Part shown: in pieces, positions 24,495-35,000 of the stretch
Numbering within the stretch: the stretch's first letter is position 1
Layout: each line of letters begins with the position of its first letter
Source: Eledone cirrhosa
Lineage: Eukaryota
DNA: 64,000 nt
Assembly: GCA_964016885.1 (NCBI GenBank)
Contig: OZ024742.1
Span: 192,510,001 to 192,574,000, forward strand
Reading direction: 5' to 3'
Program-made: the position numbers and the translations under genes
The notes under the pieces: model-generated
Told to the model about the DNA's origin: nothing
The model's input: only the letters and a program-made list of their open reading frames with translations
Databases searched by the model: none

Positions 24495-27182
24495 CATCAT
24501 CATCATCATCATCATCATCATCAGTGTTTAACGTCCATTTTTAATGCTAGCATGGGTCTGGACGGGAATTGTCCCACTTGAGGCAAGATTGATTATCTTG
24601 CTCAGGACAGTCTGGTGGGTTTTCTACGGCTGGATGCCCTTCCTAACACCAACCACGTTTACAGTGTGGAATGGGAGGTTTCTACCGTGTTACCTACACG
24701 GCCACATTACAGCGTGGACTGTGTGTCTTTTTGTCGTGACACCTACACGACCTCATTTATTAAGGACTGGATGTTGTGGTACCAACATAGCTTTACATCG
24801 AAAGGGGTGGTGTAGATGGTGGTGGGGGTAGGGTTAGTCGGACGGGGGTGTATTTTGGTTAAGCGGTGCCTACTGACTGTAGGTTTCGCTTTGTACTTAG
24901 GCAAGGCGGGTCTTCTGTATTACTACTTAACGCCACAGATCTCGGTCCAGTGACATTGTCTTGGAGAGGTGTAAGTGTGTGAGGTCGGAATTTATCAAGT
25001 CGTCCCAGGTTTTTCTGGGTCTACCGTCTATTTTGATCGCCCTGCATGTTTTTATACAGCTGTCATCTTTCATGCGCATCACGTGACCATACCAACGTAG
25101 TCTTCTCTCGAGTAAACAACATCTGATCCCTCTTATTCCTAATTTCTCACTTAGTTCATTTATGCTTTGCCGTTCGCGTATATTACTATTACACATCCAA
25201 CGGAGCATGCAAGCTTCGTTCCTCTCCAGTCTGCATAGATCCTCTGCACACAAGGCCCATGTGTCACTGCCATGTAACATCGCTGTTCGTATGCAGGCAT
25301 CATACAGCCTGCCTTTTATTTTTAAAGAGAAACCTTTAGCGGCCAATAGTGGTATAAGCTCTCTGAACTTTTTCCATCCCGTTTGGACTCTAGCTACAGT
25401 ACTTTCAGAGCACCCTCCACCCCTGCTGATTTTGTCACCCAGGTAATGGAAGGTGTCCACTATTTCTATAGAACCATCTGGGCAATGGAATGAGCTAGTA
25501 TTCTGTGAGCATTTGCTGCTACTTATTGCACCAGAGCACCAGCCACATATAAAATCTATATTCTTAGTTAACTTACTTGTGATCCCACTACATCTTTTAT
25601 GCACCCATACTTTGCATTTGGGACATAAAATAGAGTTTCTGCCTACTCCTTTCCTACACACTGAGCATGGCCATTTCCTAGATGGGACCAGTGCCCTATT
25701 CTCCTTCCTACATATTAGGACTTTAGTCTTAGACAAGTTAACTTTAAGGCCTTTTGATTCTAGGCCATGTTTCCATGTTTGGAATTTCTTCTCTAGTTCA
25801 GCCATTGATTCAGCTATGAGTGTTAGATCATCTGCGTATAGAAGTTCCCATGGGCAGCCGGTTTTGAACTCCTCCGTTATAGCTTGGAGGGCGATAATAA
25901 ATAGGAGCGGGCTAAGGACGGAGCCCTGATGAACACCAACTTTTACGCTAAACTCTTCACTATATTTGTTGTTAATTCTAACCTTGCTGACTGTTTCTTT
26001 ATACATGACTTGTATAGCCCTCACAAGCCATTCATCTACACCTAGTTTTCTAAGAGCCCACCAGATAATGGAGCGGGGGACTCTGTCAAAGGCTTTATCC
26101 AGGTCTACAAAAGCTAAGTAGAGGGGTTTACTTTTAGCTAGGTACTTCTCCTGTAGTTGTCGAACAATGAAAAGAGCGTCTGTGGTACTTTTACCTGACA
26201 CAAACCCGAACTGCATTTCATCTAGATCAAATCGCTCTCTGATTAGTTGCGTTATTACTTTTTCTGTGACCTTCATGACCTGGTCAATTAATTTAATGCT
26301 TCTATAGTTTCCCCTATCTACGGCGTCTCCTTTACCCTTGTAGTAGTTAATGATGATGCTGCTACGCCAGTCCTTTGGTACGACCCCATTCTGTATAACT
26401 TGGTTTACTATGCGGGTGACCATAGTGTGTCCCACCGTTCCAGATGCTTTCAGCATTTCAGCAACTATTTCCGAAGTCCCAGCCGCCTTGCCCATCTTCA
26501 TATCTTTGATTGCCTTACTTATTATACTTCCTTCAACTTGCACTGCTAGTCCCTCTATTGGATCGATGTGGGGGAGACTGTCTTTCTCCCATTTATTCTC
26601 CTCATTTAGTAGCCTTTCGTAGTGACACTTCCAAGCTACCTTCTTATCAGCGTCAGTGATGGCAAGTACACCATCATCATTACGGACACACTTCTCCCCG
26701 ACAATATCACGGTTCTCCTTGACACATTGTCTAGCAATCCTGAACACCTCATGTTTTTGGTCCTCGCGTTGTAGAACATTCTTGAACTTTCTTTCCTCTG
26801 CTTCCCTTCTTATGAAGTACACTTGTCTCCTAGCTTTCCTCCTGGCCACTTGATAGTCTTCTCTACTTCCCCCATCCTGCCATACTTCCAAGCCTGCTTT
26901 TTGGCTTTGATCGACTCCTCCATCTTACTGTTCCACCACAAAGTTACTCTCCTCCTGCCTATGGGCCTGCTCCAGCCACAGATTTCATCTGTTGCCTTCA
27001 GCAGGTTAGCTTTCAGGAATTCCCACTGTTCCTCTATATTGTACGACTCTAATTGTTCTTCCTTACTGTCAAAAGCATCAAGTAATATGCTTTTAAATTT
27101 ATTACTGGCTGTGGGGTCCTTTAACTTCCATATTTTTCTCCTAAGCATAGTCCTCCTCTGTTGTCGAATACGTCTCGTCCTG
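24495..27182 (-). mobile_element. RTE family A-related LINE, 5'-truncated after the endonuclease, long RT+PHD ORF (24927-26891)
   Basis: 654-aa ORF with GVHQGSVLSP, LYADD, PHD and LRWYGH; CAT tail at 24495. Confidence 0.95.
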
Positions 27183-27340
27183 TAACCATCTAAACCAGCA
27201 ACTCATAACACTTCTACTGCTAAAGTTCTCTTACGTAAAGGATATTGTGAACCCTACTCCAATTACTCTACCCCTAGGTTGTTGTTATACTGGAAGAATA
27301 ACACTTGAAAATGAGAAATTTATATATCTTTATCCTTACC

Positions 27341-30300
27341 TTCTCGCTAACTACCCAACATCCCTCCCTCCCGCCCCCACGCACCACCATTATTACGTGG
27401 ACCAATCATAAGTCAGAGGCCTATACTATCGCTTACCTGGTTGCTTTTCGATATGATGGATGGACTACGGAATTCTGGAGAGTTGAAGAGAGAAAAATCT
27501 GGACGCTCAGCGACAATGCCAAAGATAAAGACAAATTCACCTCGTGGACGAGAATGCAAGCACTCCTCCTCCTTGTTTCGGCCGCGGATGGCTAACATAA
27601 CCCCATCCCCCGCGCCCCACCGCTCCCACCCTCCAAACGCAATCCAAAACTTCAGAGTTGGTACCATGAATGTAGGCACCTTAAAGGGTCGCTCTAACGA
27701 GGTTGTAGAAATGCTTGAACGTAAGGAGGTCGATGTTTGTTGTATTCAAGAGACCAGGTGGAGGCGTGGGTAAAGAACGATGCTGTAAGCTTTTCTGGGT
27801 GGGAAATGACAATGGGCTGGGTGGAGTAGGGATTATGGTAGCAGAAAATTGGGCAGATAAGATAATAGACGTAAATAGAGTGAACGACAGAATAATTAAA
27901 ATAAGACTTGTCCTCAATAGAACTACGGTGACAGTAATATCTGCGTACGCACCCCAATCCGGACTGCCCGGCACTATAAAAGACAGATTCTATGAGACAC
28001 TGATGCTCACTACCTCCCAAATAACCGACAGTGACTATATAATTATTGCAGGCGACCTAAATGGTCACGTTGGACAACATTGTGACGGCTATGACGGAAT
28101 ACATGGAGGCTATGGGTTCGGTACTAGAAATGAGGAAGGCTCCAGAATCTTGGAATTCTGTGACGCAAATAACCTAACTATCTGTAACACTAACTTCAAA
28201 AAACGAGACAATCACTTGATCACCTATAGATCGGGGGAACACACAAGCCAGGTAGATTATATCCTTACCAGAAGACGTGACAGAGTGTCTGTTGTAAATA
28301 CTAAATCCCTCCCCATGAAGAATGCACCTCCCAACATAGACTGATAATTAGCGACCTCATAGTCAGGACGAGACGTACTAGACAGCAGAAGAAGACTATC
28401 CCCACGAGAAAAATATGGAAGCTAAAGGACCCCACTGCCAGAAATAAATTTAAAAGCATATTACTTGATGCTTTCGACAGTAAGGAAGAGCAATTAGAGT
28501 CGTACAATATAGAGGAACAGTGGGAATTCCTGAAAGCAAACCTGCTGACGGCGGCAGACGAAGTCTGTGGCTGGAGGAGGCCTGTAGGCAGGAGGAGAGT
28601 AACATGGTGGTGGAACAGTAAGGTGGAGGAGTCAATTAAGGCCAAAAAGCAGGCTTGGAAAGTATGGCGGGATGGGGGAAGTAGAGAAGACTCTCAAGTG
28701 GCCAGGAGGGAAGCTAGGAGACAAGTGTACTTCGCAAGAAGGGAAGCAGAGGAAAGAAAGTTCAAGCATGTTCTATAACGCGAGGACCAAAAACGTGAGG
28801 TGTTCAGGATTGCTAGGCAATGTGTCAAGGAAAACCGTGATATTGTCGGGGAGAACTGTGTACTTAACGATGATGGCGTACTTGCCATCACTGACGCTGA
28901 TAAGAAGGTAGCTTGGAAGTGTCACTACGAAAGGCTTCTAAATGAGGAGAATAAATGGGAGAAAGACAGTCTCCCCCACATGGACCCAATAGAGGGACCA
29001 GCAGTGTTAGTCGAAGGTCGTATAATAAGTAAGACAATCAAAGATATGAAGACGGGTAAGGCGGCTGGGCCTTCGGAAATAGTTGCTGAGATGCTGAAAG
29101 CCTCTGGAACGGTGGGACACACTATGGTCACCCGCATAGTAAACCAAGTCATACAGAATGGGGTTGTTCCGAAGGACTGGCGTAGCACCATCATCATTAA
29201 CTGTTACAAGGGTAAAGGAGATGCCCTAGATAGAAGTAACTATACAGGCATTAAATTAATCGACCAGGTCATGAAGGTCACGGAGAAAGTAATAGCGCAA
29301 CTAATCAGAGAGAGAATTGATCTAGATGAAATGCAGTTCGGGTTTGTGTCAGGCAAAAGTACCACAGACGCTCTTTTCATTGTACGACAACTACAGGAGA
29401 AGTACCTAGCTAAAAGTAAACCCCTATACTTAGCTTTTGTTGACTTGGAGAAAGCCTTCGACAGAGTCCCCCGTTCCATTATCTGGTGGGCTCTTAGAAA
29501 ACTAGGCGTTGACGAATGGCTTGTGAGAGCTATACAAGCCATGTATAAAGAAAAAGTCAGCAAGGTTAGAATTAACAACGAATATAGTGAAGAGTTTAGC
29601 GTAAAAGTTGGTGTTCAGGCGCCGGTCCCTTCCGGGAAATGGCCATGCTCGGTGTGTAGGAAAGGCGTAGGTAGAAACTCCATTTTATGTCCCAAATGCA
29701 AAGTATGGGTGCATAAAAGATGTAGTGGGATCACAGGTAAGCTAACTAAGAACATAGATTTTACATGTGGCCGGTGCTCTGGTGCAATAAGTAGCAGCAA
29801 GTGCCCACAAAATACTAGCTCTTTCAATTGCGCAGAGGGTTCTATAGAAATAGTGGACAGCTTCCGTTACCTGGGTGACAAAATCAGCAGTGGGGGAGGG
29901 TGCTCTGAAAGTACAGTAGCTAGAGTCAACTGGATGGAAAAAGTTCAGAGAGCTTATACCACTATTAGCCGCGAAAGGGTTCTCCCTAATAATGAAAGGC
30001 AGGTTGTATGATGCCTGCATACGAACAGCAATGCTGCATGGCAGTGAGACCTGGGCATTGTGTGCAGAGGATATACGCAGACTAGAGAGGAACGAAGCTT
30101 GCATGCTCCGCTGGATGTGTAATAGTAATATACGTGAACGGCAAAGCATAAACGAACTAAGGGAAAAATTAGAAATAAGAGGGATCAGATGTTGTTTACT
30201 CAAGAGAAGGCTACGTTGGTATGGTCATGTGATGCGCATGAAAGACGACAGCTGTATAAAAAAGTGCAGGGCAATAAAGATAGACGGTAGCCACAGAGTA

Positions 30301-30823
30301 GGCAGACCCAGAAAAACCTGGGACGACCTGATAAATTCCGACCTCACACACTTACACCTCTCCAAGACAATGTCACTGGACCGACATCTTTGGCGGTACT
30401 CAGTAATAGAGAAGACCCATCTTGCCTAAATACAAAGTAAACCTACTACAGTCAGTAGGCATCTCTAACAAAATACGCCCCCGTCACACCACACCCACCC
30501 CATCCACACCGCCCCTTTCAATGTAAAGTTACGTTGGTGCCACAACATCCAGGCCGAAACAAATGAGATCGTGTAGGTGTCACGACAAAAAAACACACAG
30601 TCCACGCTGTAATGTGGCCGTGTAGGCAACACGGTAAAAACCTCCCAGTCCCACACTGTAAATGTGGTTGGTGTTAGGAAGGGCATCCAGCTGTAGAAAA
30701 CCCGCCAGACAGTCCTATGCGAGCAAGACAACCACTCTTGCCTCAAGTGGGAAAACTCCCGTCCAAACCCATGCAAGCGTGGAACATGGACGTTAAACGA
30801 TGATGATGATGATGATGATGATG
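27341..30823 (+). mobile_element. RTE family A LINE with an in-frame deletion of the RT catalytic core
   Basis: Colinear with 221-3921; VKVGV|QA|PVPSGKW junction at ~29616 removes YADD; GAT tail. Confidence 0.95.
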
Positions 30824-31369
30824 TATAAAAGCGAGGATGTGTGTGTGTCAACTTTGCATGCTTAAGGCTTTCACAATTACCAACTGAATTTGACCAAATT
30901 TTCTGTGCACGTTGCACAGGTCGCTAAGATTGTCATCATTTTTCAAATCGACCCATGTTGAGCAATAAAAAATCGATATCAAAATTATCGGTAGAAAGAT
31001 TGATGTAAGGGAGATAACAAACTTTATTGACAATCCTTATAAAAAAGGGAGATAACAAACTTTTCAGAAATATAAACATCACATTCATTTGAAGATAAAT
31101 CACTAATATTTTCGTTTGTTTTTTGTTTATTCTGTGTTGCACTTTCAAAGTTAAAAAAACACTTGTTGTTTTAATTTGTTTCACTATATTAAGTGCTAAT
31201 TTTCACGTTAAGGGCCTAATCTCGCAGCAGTCTCGAATCGACGAGATTAATTAGTGAAGACTTCTGCTTATTTTGACAGGTTGGGGACAAATAATGTTCT
31301 TCTTTTATTTCTTAGCTGTATATTCTTAGCATAATTTCAAACCCCAAGCAACGCCGGGTAAATCTGCTA

Positions 31370-31370
<1 letters not shown>
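30824..31370 (+). mobile_element. Non-autonomous Helitron (~550 bp)
   Basis: TATAAAAGCG...GTGTGTGT 5'-type end (terminal TC missing); 3' hairpin CCCCAAGCAACGCCGGG and CTAG|T at 31367-31370. Confidence 0.7.
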
Positions 31371-31443
<73 letters not shown>

Positions 31444-31454
31444 GTATATATATA

Positions 31455-31724
31455 TAAAGAGCGAAAGACCCAATTCGGTCATGAATGACCATGGGATTTG
31501 CACCTAGAAAGTTCCCCCTCTGAGGCAGAAGGTCAGCAGTCGCCCATACATACAAGTCTCCCCTCTCCATGTCACTGAAATTATTGCAACTCATTTCTAT
31601 AGCTGAGTAAACGGGAGCAACATGAAATAAAGTGTCTTTCTTAAGTTCACCATACATTACCCGGTCTGAGAATCGAACTCACAACCTCCGAATTGAAAGC
31701 CCAATGCTCTAACCACTAATCCAC
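31455..31724 (-). mobile_element. tRNA-derived SINE (family S2)
   Basis: Head TAGTGGTTAGAGCATTGGGC...GAGTTCGATTCTC; related copies at ~11830-11945, 40605-40830 and 44885-45000. Confidence 0.75.
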
Positions 31725-31763
31725 CTTTCACACACATGCACGCATCTTTAATTTCTCATCCTT

Positions 31764-31799
31764 TCTTCTGATGAAGGACTAGCGTCTGAAACGTTAAGA
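31764..31799 (+). ncRNA. Minimal type I hammerhead ribozyme motif (family H1)
   Basis: UCUU-CUGAUGA-A-GGAC uagc GUCU-GAAACGUU-AAGA: stem I UCUU/AAGA, stem II, palindromic ACGU stem III. Confidence 0.7.
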
Positions 31800-31959
31800 T
31801 TCTTTACCTGCTATTTCAAGTGTTAAACTAATATATTCCTTCCATGTACTGTGCCGTTTGTTTTGTTATTTTTGTTTACTTTTTCATATATTGCACCTCT
31901 TAAATCTGGTATTCATAGTCTGGTAAGTGCCGTGCTGCTGTATATTTTATATCTTTACT

Positions 31960-32046
31960 GTAGCATAGCTAAATGGTTAAGGATTTCGCTCTGCAATCAT
32001 TAGGTAAAGTTTGATTACATTGCATAGCATCTTGGGCCAAGTATCA
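31960..32046 (+). mobile_element. 5' half of SINE S3 split by the Helitron (3' half at 37676-37900)
   Basis: The joined flanks GCATCTTGGGCCAAGTATCA|TTTATTAT...GAAACTGTTTGGAAGCCCAT align with the reverse complement of 8110-8270. Confidence 0.75.
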
Positions 32047-35000
32047 TCTATACATATATATAAAACTGTAGCTGTCTGTGTATGTGTGTCCTCATTTTTG
32101 CAAAGTCTATACAAATCCACATTTCTACTCCGATTGACTTCAAACTGGCATTTATATATTCCATGCGGTCTAAAGATATTAACTGCAGCTTTTATTTTTC
32201 AATTTTCTGTTGTTAAAGGGGTGTTAGGCACAGGTTATCGATCTCCATCGCGCCCTTATAATATCTGGCTGTCTGCATTTCGACATTATGACACACATTG
32301 ATGACGCATTATGTTTGCTATTTTCCGTTCATTGACAGGGAACGTCTTCACGAACCAAAGTATCGTCTTCCTGTTTTCCTTCGGTTGCAACGTTTTTCGA
32401 AATATTTACTTCTGCGTTCACATTGATTTTTTTTAGTTTCAGAAGATCCCGTTAAGGGTGAAAGCAGCAATTCTTTGCTTAAACTTTAATCTGTTATTTT
32501 AATATATAATATAAGCGAGGCAAGCCAGCCCAGGTTAACAATTACACTTAATATTACCTTTCCGACGGTTGGCTTATTTTTCAATCAGTAAGTGTCAATT
32601 ACTATTTTTTTTGGCTAACAATCCTGAGACATTCCCACTTCCCCCAGTTGCTTTAATATTTTTTTGAATACTTCCTGAGACATAATCACTTACCCCCGTT
32701 GCACATAATATTATTGGTGTTAGTACCAAGCCATATGCCCCATTACGTACATAGATAGAAATAGTGGATCTTTTTAGGAAACTTCCACCAGAAAATATCC
32801 CCACACCTACGTTAAAAATTACATACGCTGGCGTTAAGCGGTAATTTCTATCTATCATGGTACAGACAATACAGTGCAGAGGGGCGGGATAGTGTTAAGG
32901 CAAACTGTCTTAAGTTAAGTCGACAATTGTAATTGTTGAGGCACGGAAGAAGGGCATAGGGTTAAGGACTATTGCATACACTTACGGTGGTTCGACAATC
33001 GGTTACAACTAACCTATTACCCAAGTCAGTTTTAGACTGAAACCTATTAACCTCTTCTACATCAACTAACTAAAGAATGAACAGATACTCAAACTTACTA
33101 GCTCCCCTTGCACCTGGTTTTCTGCATCCACAAGTTATATCTGTACTTCGTTGGCAGCTAATTTCGAGCTGACATTGCAACTCTAAGAGACGTTACATGC
33201 AAAATACAGTTATGTGCAGACGTTTAAGTATGCGTTAGAAACAGCATCGCTCCCCAATTTTAATGTTGTCATTAATACCATTTGGGTATTCACCAGCGTA
33301 ATCCCCACAGATCAGACGAGTGCTGCAGCAAACAAGTTTCCTGTATGGAGTTCTAATATACTGGTTCGTGACCCGAAGCCACTGCTTGAATCATCTCCAC
33401 ATTTCACGCGAGCTATTCCATCAATTTGCAGTCGACATGTGCGCCAAGATGGAGTCCGAGAGGCTGAGCTACATCAGGTACAACCAACAAAAGCTGCGTT
33501 CAGAGAGTTACATTCACCTTCGAGATGGTATCAACAATGACATTGCTCCGGGAGGCTTAAGGCAGGTGTGCATTTTGCTTTCCACTTCACCGTGGGTCCA
33601 CGGTATATGCATGAGAGGATGCAAGACGCCATGACATATGCCCCACGACAGTCGGCCCGACTTATTTATTACCTTTACCTGCAACTCCAAGTGGAAGGAG
33701 ATCGAGGCTGAACTCTTCCAAGGTCAGAAAGCCAAAGACAGGCATGACCTTCTAGCCAGGGTCTTCCGACTGAAGTTACAGAAGCTCATGGATCTTATCA
33801 AGAAAGGGCAGTTATTTGGGCCTGTAAAATGCGACATGTACGCAGTTAAGTGGCATAAAAGGGGTCTGCCACATGCCCATATTCTTATTTGGATGTCAAC
33901 AAAGATTAACTCCATCAACATTGACAGGCTTATCTCTGCAGAAATCCCCAACCCCTCTGTTGACGAAAACCTCTTTGACATAGTGCAGGCAAACATGGTT
34001 CATGGTCCATGTGGGCGTGGATTTAACCTTCACTCACCATGTTTGAGAGATTCAGTTTGCAGCAAATAATTTCCGAAGCAGTTTCTTCGAGAGACCCAGA
34101 CCGGCAAAGACGGATACAGACGAAGAAAGCCGGAAGATGGCGGGTTTACAGTGCACATTGGGCCATACGAAGTAGACAACAAGTGGATAGTGCCGTACTA
34201 CCCAATTCTGTCCAAGGCGTTCAACGCTCACATCAACGTATAGTTTTGTAACTTCGTGAAGTCCATCAAATATGTCTGCAAGTACATCACTAAGGGCTCA
34301 GACGCCGCTATGTTTGGCCTGCAGCAAGACAGCAATCGGGACGAAGTTACACAGTACCAGGTGGGTAGGTACATAAGCAGTAACGAGGCCTTCTGGCACC
34401 TTTTCGGTTTCCCCTTGCATCAAGGCACCCACCCATCCAACAACTTGCTGTTCAACTTGGAACAACGCGTATACTTCACTGCTTCCACTGCTGCTCGATT
34501 GGTCGAGGAACCGAAGAACACTACCCTCACTGCCTCCTTTAACTTTTGTCAAGTCGATCCATTCGCCCAAACCTTGCTGTATCCACAGGTGCCGTCCTAC
34601 TATATCTGGGGAAAAAAAAGAAATGGCAACGGAGGAAGAAGGGTCAAAACGTTGATGGATAGCCTGCCATTAAACTTGACAGTTGCCTTGGGAGAGTTTA
34701 CACAGTTCATCTAAGCCAACAAGAGTGTTTCTACCTTCGTCTGCTACTTCATGAGATTAGGGGACCAACGTCTTACCAACATTTGAAAACAGTCAACGGT
34801 CGGCTTTGCGCTACTTACAGAGGCCTGCTTAAGACATGGACTGTTAGAAGACTGCGCAGAGTGGGATGCTACGCTCGCGGAGGCTGTAGTTTCACAGTCG
34901 CCGAAAAGTCTCAGGGCTCACTTTTCAGTGCTTCTGCACATTTGCGAAGTCTCAGATCCCGTCTTTCTGTGGTTGAAGTATAGAGATGCCCTGGCGGAAA

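Noticed and set aside
27305-27595. Possible ORF1 overlapping the RTE ORF2 ATG (gATGGCTAA)
   Set aside because: Against copy 1 the frame is broken and nonsynonymous changes outnumber synonymous ones, so there is no visible coding constraint; a family consensus could reopen this.
31650-31724. tRNA-like sequences (also 8563-8655 and 38700-38790)
   Set aside because: A/B boxes only, no complete cloverleaf, continuous with repeat bodies: SINE heads, not tRNA genes.
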